Below, one piece after another: positions 1-12,100 of a DNA stretch of 64,000 nucleotides; within the stretch, counting starts at the first letter, position 1; every line of letters begins with the position of its first letter. Under the pieces are notes generated by a model that saw only the letters and a program-made list of their open reading frames with translations, ran no database searches and was not told the origin of the DNA. Where the stretch lies: the NCBI GenBank assembly GCA_001179505.1, contig CDMY01000624.1, forward strand, positions 247,519 through 311,518, read 5' to 3'. The position numbers were made by a program, and so were the translations under genes. The stretch comes from Vitrella brassicaformis CCMP3155 (taxonomy: Eukaryota; Protista; Chromerida).

Positions 1-416
1 CTGACCTTACCGATCGATGCGAGCCGGAGATAGGGCGAGAGCCCTCTGGGCGACTGGCTAGTCGTTTACTCTAGGGCGGCAGGGCCGTGCACACTCGACA
101 AGATGGATACGCCGCTGATGGACATCGCGCCACGTGGCGGCTTCTCGTCCAACGGTGAGTGGGAAGATGCCGCGATTGGCTTACTCACAAGCGCACCCTG
201 ATAAGTTGTTTGCTGTCTGTGCGTGTCGGCGGTCTTCAGGTCTGCCTTGTCAACAGGCGGACTGATTGCTTGACTGAGCGTCTGTGCGTACGGCTGGCCG
301 TCTACTTGTACGTTTCATAGGCAAGCACTGATTGATGCGCACATGAACGCACACACCAAGTGGCCGCCCATCTCTGTGTATGGTCTATGGTGCAGCTCTC
401 TGTCTGAGTGAGAGCG
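1..416. repeat. Upstream block shared by ankyrin-array units (copy 1, cut by window start)
   Basis: Motifs GATCGATGCGAGCC, GAAGATGCCGCGATTGGC, GGTCTTCAGGTCTGCCTTGTC and GATAGGCAAGCACTG recur at ~12610-13020 and ~19450-19700; each copy precedes an ATG exon reading MxxRPDTDMAS. Confidence 0.85.
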
Positions 417-2606
417 ATGTTGTCTGGTCGTCCCGACACCGACATGGCCTCCCCTGCTATGGCGGACGGTGGCGATGGCGATGAAGGTACACTCCACTCA
501 GACAGATGCAGCACATCACACACACAGCATCATCGCCAAGCGTCGTGTGTGTGCATGTGTGTGTTCTGTGTTCCTTTGCAGATCATGTAGCCGTGGAGGA
601 ACGGCGTGACGGCAGCGCACAGCCAGACGGACCAGATCGCAATGGTGGCGATAGTGGTGGGTAACAAAATAATGCAACACACACGAGCCCCCGCCGTCGG
701 TCGCTATCCTCTTTGTGTGCATGGGTGCAGGTAGAGGTGTTGGCAGTGTTGGTGGGCATCAGCGCAGCGGAGAGAACCGGAGCCGACATAACGGAAGTAG
801 GTAAACACCCACAGACACACAAATCAGAATCGCCCCTCATTCATCATTGCTAATCTGTCTGTCCGCCTTGCGATCCACAGATCCGCCGTTACCCCTTGGC
901 TGGAAGAGCTTGGAGAACGGGGTGATCGACGTCGACTTCCCTCGTGGCACCAGTGACGCCAGCAGACGCTTGTCCGAGGCCGTCATTCGCCGCACAATCA
1001 CTGACGAACAGCAGATGACGCAGCTGATTCAGCAGAATGGAGCCGACCTCAATGTGGAGCCACGGCTGTGGGTGGCGGGCACCAGGTTCGGCTATGTAGC
1101 TTATCCGCTGCTGTCGCTGTGCATCTTTAACCTCACTGACAACAGCGTGCCGTCCATCTGGGCAGCCGACGTTGGCGGTGCTGGCACTCCCGTTGCCATG
1201 CCGAAGTGGCAGACCCGCGGCCTCCAACTCGCCATCATGCGGGCTCTCATCGAAGGCGGTGCCGACATCAATGGTGGGGGTCCACGCAGACCCATCCGAG
1301 TGGCCATCGCCTCGTGTAACCGGGAGGCATTTGGGCTCCTGATGAGTCAGCCAGGTACACACGCATTCACGGCACTCACGACACGGAACACACACCATGA
1401 TGTCTGTCTGTCTGTCTGCCTGTTCCAGGCATCCAGCTGCCGGGGCTCTGCGTGATGGAGCTGCCGATCCCGTTGCCGACGGATCAGCCGACTGAGGAGA
1501 GCGAGGCCATCCTGCTGTCCTTCTACCAGCTGCTCATCCAGCGGGACAGCAGCCTCGCGACCGAGCGGCGCCCGAATTGCATGAATCCGCTGCATGCGGC
1601 CATGACGCCTCCCGTCTGCTCCCAGCAGTTCATCGACAGCTACATCGACATGCTGGTGGCCGACGGGGCGGACATCAGGGCCGTGCACAACAATGGGTGG
1701 ACGCCATTACACGTCGCGGCCTGTCAGGGTTCCCACTGTGTCGCTGCGTCTCTGTGCCGGCGTCTCACCGCTGCCGACATCAACAGAGGGAGGCCGACTG
1801 ACCTGCACCCCCTCACACCCCTCACCGTCGCTGCCGTGCGGCTCGATTTAGTCGCCCAGCAGCTGCAGAACGACAACACGGGGCGGGCCGTGAGGGACCG
1901 GGCCAGCATCCGGATCCCCAACCTCAAGACCACCATGCGTGTGCTCCTCCAGGCGGGCGCTGACATCGCTCTCATGCCCACAGCCACAGAGCATGACCGC
2001 CGCCGTCGCCAGCTTGTGCTGCCCGAGTATGCGACAGTGCTCAACAATCTGCCGGATGACGTCATGGCTGCCGTCAACGCCGCCCTCGCCCCTCAGCGGT
2101 CACTCGCGGCCTTGCTCGGCCCCCGGCTGGCCGTCGGCCCGCAGGAGGCCCCCATCTTCGCCTGGCGCCTCGCATCGTACCTCTTCGACATGGCGGCCGC
2201 CACCCAGACCATCACTGAGGCCATCGGCTTGCGGCACTCCGCCATGGCCCGGCGTGTGCGTGCGGCTGTCGAGCACTTCGTTTGGTCGGGAGTGTACGAG
2301 GCCAGCAGCAACAGGGAGGTGGTGGGCGGAATGGCCGATGTGGGCGGCGAGATGGTGCGGATGCCGCTGCAGTGCTTCGCCATCAATGCGGGATAGCAGG
2401 ACGGACAACATCGGCTGCTGGGTGTGCGTGAGGTGGTGCACAGGGCCCGGCTGGACGAGGCGTCCCAGCATGGCGTGGCGGGGCTGGTCAAGGGCTTCAA
2501 CGAGCACCTGGGGGATGACGACTGCCAGTTCCAGTGGCAGCAGCTGGGGTGGGTCGAGAGGGGCCGGGACGGCAGAGCGACCTTCAGACCGCTGCAGCTG
2601 ACGTGA
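417..2606 (+). CDS. Ankyrin-repeat protein, array copy A1 (type-I C-terminus); in-frame TAG at 2394-2396 removes the last ~70 aa
   Basis: First exon MLSGRPDTDMAS at 417; module exon ~881-1354, intron 1355-1428, large exon from 1429. Ankyrin motifs GADINGGGPRRPIRVAI and GADIRAVHNNGWTPLHVAACQG. Copy A2 has CAG at the TAG position and the frame continues to TGA 2606. The small 5' exons are not fully resolved. Confidence 0.8.
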
Positions 2607-3397
2607 GATAAGCGAGCGGGGCACGTCGATTGGTCGATGGATGGATGGATGAGGGGAAGACAGTCAGGCGGGCGGGCAGGTTTTGATGTGCGCATGAATA
2701 GATTGGTGTCGCTGCCTCACCTGGTCCTGCTTGTCGTGCGTGGATGGAAGGATGGATCGATGAGAGGCAGGCCAGCAGATGGACAGGCACCGGTCGGTGT
2801 GAGTCACTCATGATGTGTTCGCTCAGTGGCACTCATCCAGTCGGGCGTCACTGACGTGAATTTGTTGTGGATGGCTCACCCGCTGTCTGCCTGCCTGCCG
2901 GTGAATAGCTGTATACGAGTGAATTCACGTGTTGGTGCAGCTGGTGTCTGTGTGCCGTGACTGACTTACTGAGTGACTGACTGACAAGCATGTGATCGAT
3001 GAACCCTTCGATGTCTCGATTGGTGGTGGTCCACACACACGAAACAGAAACTAGAAAGCCACTATACACCCACTCAAAACACCCACCTCTACGAGAAGGG
3101 CTGGTTGATAAAATGGCGGGAGAGACTGCTGTGCCGCCGCTTGATGTGATGTGATGTGATGTGATGTGATGTGTGGATAAGGGAGTTAGTGGTCGGTCGA
3201 TCACGCCGCTCCGTTTGACCATATTCATTCATATCTGTCTGTCTGTCACGCCACTGCATTGATAAACCAGTCAATAGATAAACACACATGACATGCAAGG
3301 TAAGGTCTCAGCTACACAGCCACACGCTGTCATATTGCCGGCCTCATCCATCTGCTCGCTACGCAAAATGAGTAACAGATGCAGATGCACACTTGCC

Positions 3398-3697
3398 NNN
3401 NNNNNNNNNNNNNNNNNNNNNNNNNNNNNNNNNNNNNNNNNNNNNNNNNNNNNNNNNNNNNNNNNNNNNNNNNNNNNNNNNNNNNNNNNNNNNNNNNNNN
3501 NNNNNNNNNNNNNNNNNNNNNNNNNNNNNNNNNNNNNNNNNNNNNNNNNNNNNNNNNNNNNNNNNNNNNNNNNNNNNNNNNNNNNNNNNNNNNNNNNNNN
3601 NNNNNNNNNNNNNNNNNNNNNNNNNNNNNNNNNNNNNNNNNNNNNNNNNNNNNNNNNNNNNNNNNNNNNNNNNNNNNNNNNNNNNNNNNNNNNNNNN
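3398..3697. other. Scaffold gap (300 N)
   Basis: Run of exactly 300 N. Confidence 1.
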
Positions 3698-4465
3698 CGG
3701 CTCGATTTAGTCGCCCAGCAGCTGCAGAACGACAACACGGGGCGGGCCGTGAGGGACCGGGCCAGCATCCGGATCCCCAACCTCAAGACCACCATGCGTG
3801 TGCTCCTCCAGGCGGGCGCTGACATCGCTCTCATGCCCACAGCCACAGAGCATGACCGCCGCCGTCGCCAGCTTGTGCTGCCCGAGTATGCGACAGTGCT
3901 CAACAATCTGCCGGATGACGTCATGGCTGCCGTCAACGCCGCCCTCGCCCCTCAGCGGTCACTCGCGGCCTTGCTCGGCCCCCGGCTGGCCGTCGGCCCG
4001 CAGGAGGCCCCCATCTTCGCCTGGCGCCTCGCATCGTACCTCTTCGACATGGCGGCTGCCACCCAGACCATCACTGAGGCCATCGGCTTGCCGCACTCCG
4101 CTATGGCCCGGCGTGTGCGTGCGGCTGTCGAGCATTTCGTCCGCTCGGCAGTGTACGAGGCCAGCAGCAACAGGGGGGTGGTGGGCGGGATGGCCGATGT
4201 GGGCGGCGAGATGGTGCGGGTGCCGCTGCAGTGCTTTGCCATCAATGCGGCGCAGCAGGGCGGGCAGCACCGGCTGCTGGGTGTGCGTGAGGTGGTGCAC
4301 AGGGCCCGGCTGGACGAGGCGGCGCAGCATGGCGTGGCGGGGCTGGTCAAGGGCTTCAACGAGCACCTGGGCGATGACGACTGCCACTTCCAGTGGCAGC
4401 AGCTGGGGTGCGTCGAGAGGGGCCGGGACGGCAGAGCGACCTTCAGACAGCTGCAGCTGACGTGA
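3698..4465 (+). CDS. Ankyrin-family copy A2, 3' part only (5' end lost in the gap), type-I C-terminus intact
   Basis: Aligns to A1 from 1839 (offset 1859); open to TGA 4465, ending WQQLGCVERGRDGRATFRQLQLT. Confidence 0.8.
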   Translation, partial: RLDLVAQQLQNDNTGRAVRDRASIRIPNLKTTMRVLLQAGADIALMPTATEHDRRRRQLVLPEYATVLNNLPDDVMAAVNAALAPQRSLAALLGPRLAVGPQEAPIFAWRLASYLFDMAAATQTITEAIGLPHSAMARRVRAAVEHFVRSAVYEASSNRGVVGGMADVGGEMVRVPLQCFAINAAQQGGQHRLLGVREVVHRARLDEAAQHGVAGLVKGFNEHLGDDDCHFQWQQLGCVERGRDGRATFRQLQLT

Positions 4466-5171
4466 GATGGGCGGGCGAGGCACGTCGATTGGTTGATGGA
4501 TGGATGGATGAGGGGAAGACAGTCAGGCGGGCGGGCAGGTTTTGATGTGCGCATGAATAGATTGGTGTCGCTGCCTCACCTGGTCCTGCTTGTCGTGCGT
4601 GGATGCAAGGACGGAGAATTGGGAGGCAGGCCAGCAGATGGACAGGTACCTATCAGTCGGTGTGAGTCACTCTCATGATGTGTTCACTCAGTGGCACTCA
4701 TCTAGTCGGCGTCACTGACGTGAATGGGGTGATGGAGGGCTCATCTGCTGCCAGCCTGCCAATGCGCGAAAGTTGTGAGGGACGAATTCACATGTTCGTG
4801 TTGCTGTATGTGTCTGTGCGGCGACTTAATGGCTGAATGACACTGCATTTAATCGATGACAGCTTCGATGGTCCCGATTGGTGAGCATAGCAGACACACA
4901 CTATGAGATATCTTGAAAAAGCAAAAAAGAAAACCCTCTCAAACGCCTCGACACTCATACACAGAACACCATAATATCTGGCCGCAGCGCATCAGTGGAA
5001 AATCGCCGTGACCTAGTCTACAACTATTGTGCACCACAGCACAGCACAGGACAGCACAGAGAGGCGCAGTGGGCTCACGGACATGCACACGCAGCCGAAT
5101 CATGACACATCCAGAGCACAGACACGCACGTGGGTCTCCCTCCTCTGCCCCCTCCCGTCAACACATGTCTG

Positions 5172-5988
5172 TCAGGTGTGTGGGTCGAATGCATGTTGGT
5201 AGACGGGCCCCGAGAGCTTTGCATCACATTGGTTGCGGCAGATGGGGCACAGCAGCCTCCCGCCGTCGTGCTCCTTGAGCTCCTCGAAACAACCTGCAAC
5301 ACACAGCCACACACACACAGACATCGATGATGGTGATGCTGTGGTGTGGCTCCTGTCCCTCCCGCCTGCCCAGCGTACCGTTGCAGAGGCACAGGTGTCT
5401 GCAGGGCATCAGGACCACCTCAAGGGGAGCGTCGTAACACACCACACACGTCGACATGATGCCCTTCTCCCTGCGCCTCTTATTGCTCTCCTCCTCTGCT
5501 TTAGCATGTTCGGCTCGCTCCTCATCAAGGTGCTTCTCCATGGCCTCGATGACGGCCGCCGTCAGCTCTTCCTGCCGGCCCAGCTGGGAAGCCGCCATAG
5601 CCAGCTGGCTTTGCACGTCTTCCAACTCAACTCGCAGCAGCCGAAGGTCGCCCTCCATCTGTTGCTCACTCAGCCACTTAACCGCCACCTCCAAAGTGCT
5701 CATGTGGCCAATGCGGCAGTCCTTCAGAGTGCGGCCGTCTTTGAGTTCAAACCAGCGGTAGGCGGGCCGCAGCAGCAGCTTGACTTGGTGGCGAGGGAGG
5801 CCCTCGTTGTCGCGGATCTTGGCTTTGACCTTCTCGATGGTGTCGGTCGGGTTGACATCGACCACACGGGTTTTGTCTGCGGTAAGGCACACACACACAG
5901 GGGGGAGGGAGGCGGTGAGTGCGTCCGGTTGTGTGTCTGTGTTTTGCTCACCAGAAGTGTCGTAGATGTCCTTGTAGAGAATCTGCAT
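5172..5988 (-). CDS. Ubiquitin-like domain + coiled coil + RING-HC protein (putative E3 ligase), 3 exons
   Basis: Exons 5988-5952, 5876-5379 and 5293-5172, GT-AG and in frame. N-terminus MQILYK...DTIEKVKAKIRDNEGLP...LKDGRTLKDCRI matches the ubiquitin fold. The spliced C-terminus CVVCYDAPLEVVLMPCRHLCLCNGCFEELKEHDGGRLLCPICR is a complete C3HC4 RING. Confidence 0.88.
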
Positions 5989-6169
5989 GCCTGGCCGCAG
6001 ACAGATGAGTCTCTTTCGAATGCGAAGACCTGAAGACCTGTCTTGCTGTCTGTCTATCTGTCCATTCTGTCTTCACTTTTCTGCTCTTTCGTTGTCTCTT
6101 TGTCTTCTTTGAGCTCGCCTCTCCGGCGATGGTCCTCGCTCTTTTGGGCCCAGGACAGAGATCTTCGCA
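5989..6169. promoter_or_regulatory. Putative bidirectional promoter between divergent UBL-RING and ANK-RING genes
   Basis: 181 bp between divergent ATGs (5988 minus, 6170 plus); inferred from position only. Confidence 0.45.
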
Positions 6170-9100
6170 ATGGGCAATGAGCAGTCATCTCAGCATGGAG
6201 GGACGAGTGACCTGGCGGTGGGTCGGTCGGGCACCTCGCGGAATGACTTGAGGGGCGCAGAGGGAGACGCTGCGGCACCTGTCACAAGGTGAGAATCAAA
6301 GAGAATAAAAGCATGTACATCGGCCACATGGGATTGACTGTTGCATGTTTTGCTTGTGCTGATGCTGTTCGGTAGCGTGACGACGGAGACTGTGGATGAC
6401 ACGCTACTTGATGACACGGGTGAGAAGTGCCGTCCCGTGTCGGCCTCGACAAGCATATGGAAACTGGCACACGTGCAAGGTGACAGACTGCACACTCCGC
6501 ACCACGCAGGTCCACACCCATTGCATGTTGTGGGTGCGCGTGTCAATTGGTTCCGCGTCGTGTCAGGTGAGCATTCCAACAGGGTGTTGTTCTCGGAGTG
6601 TCTGAGTGAGTACACGGACCCCGTGGAGCCATCCCCTGAACACAATGGGCGAATCATACTCGCTAGGGACACGTAAGTGTTGACCCGAGGATATATCCCC
6701 CCACTCACTGGCAGATAGGGGGCGGCGAGGCTCATGTTGGGTGGTGCGCGTGTGTCGTTGTTTGAACTTGAAAAGTATGATAGCGTATCACTTTCAAGCG
6801 GGGATGTTTCGCGTCGTCCCTGTCGTTGGCATCTTCTACTCAAAGATCAAGCTCCGCGCAGATACCAAGGTGAATCGACTGACTGACTGAATGACAGGCT
6901 CACCCTAACAGAGGAGCGCACACACGTTTGGGATTTGCTTCTGTTTGTATGTCTGTGTGTCAGTTTACTGATTTCCAGCTGGTTTTGGGTCCCGATGTGG
7001 GTGTGATATCCGAGAGCCTACCCCCTCTGCATTGGGTCGCTGGGGCCGACGAGCAGGGCAACCTTCACGTCATGGCATTCAATGACAGAACAGCAGACGA
7101 CAGCAAAGCGGTGAGCCGCCATGACAAGAACACCTGGAAGGCTTCGCCTTTCTACTTCCTTCCTAGAACCCTTACTCATTCACCATTCCGGCCCTAGACG
7201 ACCCTGCCATGCGGGTAAGAGGCACCTCGGGTCGATCACGTCACGCGCAACCTGCCGCCTGCATTCTTTTGTACGTGTAGGTTGTGTGGCCCGAGCCACG
7301 TACGCCTGAGGGCGGCTCGCGCACACTGGTCGTATTGCATCGGGACCAGATGGTGCTGTGGAACTTCCCCGACCTGATCCGCGAGGCCACGTCAGGCAAG
7401 TTCGACAGCACCAACGATGCGGTGCTGACAGCCGCTGCAGTATCGGGGCTCAAAAAGCGGTACTGCAAGAAAATACAGCTCAAGGACCTGTTCAGGACCA
7501 CACCCACCATGGTGAAAGAGGGGAGGTGGGAATCAGTCAATGCAGTGAATACGTGAATCCATGAGTGTGTCAATGGCTACGCGTTTACAGGCGCCGGGTG
7601 GCCGCAGCCAGACTGTCGACGGCCTATGCAGCAAATCATCAGGTCAGCGAGTGGGTCACTCACTGTACACGAAAACAGGCAGAGCAATTGACTAATGATG
7701 GTGTTTGTCTGCGGATTCGTCGGCTTCAGGTGTTCCTGAAGTTGCCGACTTGTGTTTCTCGCGTGACGGGCAAGTGCTCTTCGCCGCCATCAAACCCAAC
7801 CACATCGTTGCTTGGCTCGTGTCGGTAGGCGGCACATGTGTGGATGGGTATAGATGGCCCCACACTGTCCAACGTCTACCATGCCTGGTTGTCTTTGCCT
7901 CCTTTTCCCCACCAGTGTCCCGAGAAAGGCGCTCCTCAGGCAGAGGACCTGTTTTCCCATGCGCTTTCCTCCGACCTGGACAGCCCCACTATCGCATCCA
8001 TCAACACCTTCACACCCCCCATGCTCACGGACATATCCCTGGCTCACCACCAGTCCGCACCACCTCCGCCAGAGTACCTGGTGGTCGGCAGTGGCAGCAA
8101 CATGAGCGTGCAGTTTTACCGCACCAGCAGAGACCAACACCGCCCCCTCACTCTAGAGCAGACGATGCGCCTCATGTGCGTGGGGGGTGTAGGGCTGGAT
8201 GGCCCGGCACGAGTGCGGGTGGCGCATGGCCAGGGTGCGGGCAGCGCCTTTGTGGTGGTGGGTGTGCCGGTGAGAGAGGCGGATGGCGGGCTGGTGCAGA
8301 GGTTCGTCCTCATCGAAACCAGGGAGTGGACCGCACAGAGACCATTTCTGCCCGCAAAGGCTGTCAGACAGGTGAGTGAGGCGGTGCGAACAGAGCATGA
8401 CAAGCCCCACAGGCACACGGATCTGCTATGCTGTTTTTCCTGCTGGTCAGCTGCCGATGTCTCATTCATGTGTGGATTGGGCGTGCGGGATGCCACGTGA
8501 GCACGACTCAGTCAAGGTGGAGCAAGGGCGCAGCCTCATCATCTACTGCTTCGAACGGATGTCACCAGCTGACAGGACTACCAGGAAACAGGCAGAACTA
8601 AACCTACACCATCAGGTTAGCCGACGTGAGCAGGATGTCATGTAGACGCATCACCGACTCACCGTTTGTCCTTCTTCTGTCTGCTCAGTCGCTGAGTCAG
8701 CTGCGGTCTCCTTCGCCGGGCCTGCCCGACACCACCTCCCACGTGCAGCTCTTCACACCAGCCGAGCAGGCGCCACCGTTGTCGCCCAGAGCAGAAGAGC
8801 CCGATGCAGAGGAGACTATGGGAGGTGAGGCCGTGGAGAGAACGGTGGGGAAAAAGGAGGCATCCACTACTATCCAGCCACCGCCAGGATTCCAGCCATC
8901 CTTCCCCGATACCCCCGCATCCTCCCCTGCAGGTGCGCAGTTACCACACGGCTGGATCAGCTGTGGGAATGGCGTCACCTTTCCTGCTGGCACCAGTGAC
9001 GCCAGCAGACGGCTGTCCGAGGCCATCATTCGCCGCACCATCGCTGGCGAACAGCATATGACGCAGCTCATCCAGCGGTATGGAACCGACCCCAATGTGG

Positions 9101-12100
9101 AGCCACTGCTGCGGCTGGCGGGCACTACGGGTCGCTATGTAGCTTATCCGCTGCTGTCGCTGTGCATTGACAACCTACGTGACAACCTCACTCACAATAG
9201 CGTGCCGTCCATCTGGGGAGCCGTCGGCGAGGGCGAGTGTCCCGTCGCCATGCCGACGTGGGAGACGCCCTCCCTGCAGCTCGCCGTCATGCGAAGCCTG
9301 ATCGAGAGAGGGGCGGACATCAACAGGGGTGCGGGAGTGGCTAGACCCATCCGAGTGGCCATCGCCTCGTGCAACCAGACCGCCTTCGATCTCCTGATGG
9401 GCCGGCCAGGTGCGCACCAATTCACAGCACTCACGACACGGAACACACACCATGATGTTCGTCGGGACGTCTGTCTGTCTGCCTGTCTGTCTGTCTGTCT
9501 GTTCCAGGCATCCAGCTGCGGGGGCTTTGGGTGATCCATCTGCCTTTCACGTTGCCGACGGACCAGCCGACTGAGGCTCACGAGCGCACCCTGCTGTCCT
9601 TCTACCGGCAGCTCATCCAGCGGGACAGCACACTCGCAACCGAGCGGGGCCCGAATGGCACCAACCTGGTGCATGTGGCGGCCTTGAGCCATTCCGTCTG
9701 GTCCCAGCAGTTCATCGAGAACTACATCGACCTGCTGGTGACCAACGGGGTGGACATAAAGGCAGTGGACATCGGTGAGCGGACGCCATTGCACTACGCG
9801 GCAGGCTGCGGCTGTCACTGTGTGGCTGCCTCTCTCTGCCGCCGTCTCACCGCTGCCGACATCAACAGAGGGGTGCCAAATGACCCCACCCTCACGCTCC
9901 TCACCTACGCTGCCCGACAGCTCGATGAGGTCACCCAACAGCTGCGAGATGACACCACGGAGCAGCCCGTGAGGGACCAGGCCACCGTTCGAATCCCCAA
10001 GCTCCAGAAGACCGTCCGTGTGCTGCTCCAGGCGGGCGCCGACATCGCCCTCATGCCCACAGCCAGAGAGGAGGACCGCCGCCGTCACCAGCTGGTGCTG
10101 GCTGAGCGCATGGCGGCGGCCAATGAGCTGCCCATTCCCGAGCCGCACCCGGCCACCATCGAGGCGCAGGGGCGGCTGCAGAAGATGAAGGAGCACCGCG
10201 ACAAGCGCAAGGGCCGGCAGGCCACACGAGAGGCCAACGAGGCCCCCACAGCGGCCGAATTGGCGCGGCAGCAGAGGGAGGCCGACGCCCTCATCAGAGA
10301 GGAGGAGGCCAACAAGAAGGAGGCGGCGGCTAAGGCGAAGGCGGGCAAGAAGGGTAAGGGCAAGCGGGGCAAGGGGCAGCACAGCGCAACTTCCACCCCC
10401 ACCGCCGCCGGCAGCCGCCAGGGCGGCGAAGACGACCGGGCGGACAGCACTGGGGCAGCCGATGACGACGACCAGCCAGATCCCAACGATGAGGATAGCG
10501 ACGCCCTGCTGCTTGCGTCGGCCTTCGCCCAACGCGCCATCGAAAGCCGTAAGCAGGCCAACAACCCCAAGCAGCCCAAAGGATCGACTCATCCCCCCTT
10601 CTTGCCCTTCCAGCACCCCACAGCCAAGCAACAGGCCACCCTGCCACCCTCAGCCGATAAGTCCCGATCCCACCGGCCCCACAATCGCCCTCTGCTCTCT
10701 CGCCCCAGCGGTGTGTCGACGGCCGACCAGACGCCAGGCGAGGAGCGGCTGGCGGGCCCATCGGCAGACAGCAAGTTGGGAAGAGGCAGCGGGTTTGGCC
10801 TCTCGGCTGCTGCACCATCCCTGTTGTCTCGGGCGGCCGCTCCCCCTCCCCATCTGCCGTCAGCTGTGGAGCTGCGCGACTCGGGCAAGCGCCGACCGTT
10901 TGTGTCGTCGAGTCCCACTCACCCGCCCCCACCGCGTCGGCCCCTGCCACCTGCACACAGACCGGCGAGCGGTGCCGATGAGTCAGTCCCGCCTCCAGCG
11001 CATGCGCCACAGCAGCCGTAAGCGGACAGACACAGAGAAGGGGATAGATGGGTGGGCACAGTGAATGGTGTTGGTGTGTGTTGTCGTCTCTCTTTGTGTC
11101 AGTGACGACTTGCTTCCCTCCTCGTCGACTGGGCATCGTCCGTCGTGTCACCGGGGCCCTCCGCCACTCGTCAAGTGCCCCAAGTAAGGAACAGACAGGC
11201 CGACACAAGGACGCTCCAGGCACACACCGGTGGGGGGTTATCGTGCATGTGTCTTCTCAGGTCGTCTGGGGCTTCGTTGAGCCACGATGATGCCTGTCGG
11301 TCGCCATTGTTTGAGCTGAGGTGCGCATACACGCGCCGCACAGCCGCCATTGAATTGCCATGTTTGTTCTGTCTTGTGTCAGGTCCGCGGCTGACGCCTG
11401 TCCGTCGTCCAGTAGCTACGACGATTCCAGTGCTGCACCAGCAGCCCCGGCAGCCGCAGCAGCAGCCGCATTCGGAACACCATCAGCACCATACGAAGCA
11501 CCACTAGGGTAGGCAGGCACACCAACACACACACACGCACCACAGAGGCGGCTCGTCACGTCATTGGCTTGCGTGTGTGTGGTCAGGCCATCGCACTACC
11601 ATGAGGACCGACAGGGCGCCTCGGCGTCGGCACACCATGGTGCTGCAGCTGCTGCCCCTGCTGTAGACGACATTGTGCGGCAGCGAGACGAACTCGCCCG
11701 GCAGCTCGAAGAGACTCAACGAAGGTACGCTGGGATGCTCGCTCACCTCTGCAGCACAGACACACACACACGCGATATGATGCGATTGATGCACACAGGC
11801 TTGCCGAGCTCACCACAACCGCCCAGCAGCACCAGCCGTCATCGTCCGGCAGCTCCAGTGCCCCTCTGTCGCCTCAGCAAACACGGCCACAGCAGCCGCA
11901 GCCACCTGCCGGCACTGGTGCTGACAGCACACAGGCCGGCGGGTGCATCATCTGTTTCGGCGAGCACGGCCCTGCCTCCATCATGTACGTGCCCTGCAGA
12001 CACATGCACATCTGCCACAAGTGCTACGCCCACCGCAGGGACGCCTGGCACCACAGCCTCCCCCGCCTCAAGGCCGACAATGCCCGTCGGGCGGAGGAGA

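Noticed and set aside
881-930. PLPxGWKS at the start of the ankyrin module as a WW domain
   Set aside because: Only the first Trp motif is present; the aromatic pair and second Trp-x-x-Pro are missing.
2394-2396. TAG as programmed pyrrolysine/read-through codon
   Set aside because: The paralogue has CAG there, other genes in the window use TAG as a stop, and no recoding signal was seen; a nonsense change is simpler.
3143-3173. (GTGAT)n run and other regular short repeats as a possible CRISPR array
   Set aside because: Simple microsatellites with no unique spacers and no cas genes; eukaryotic context.
3271-4465. ORFs spanning the N gaps (also 32852-33949)
   Set aside because: Continuity is an artefact of translating Ns; the two sides of the second gap belong to different genes (USP7-like 5' exon and ALDH).
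6190-6843. 217-aa minus-strand ORF
   Set aside because: It overlaps four plus-strand exons that splice in frame from MGNEQSS; no motif of its own.
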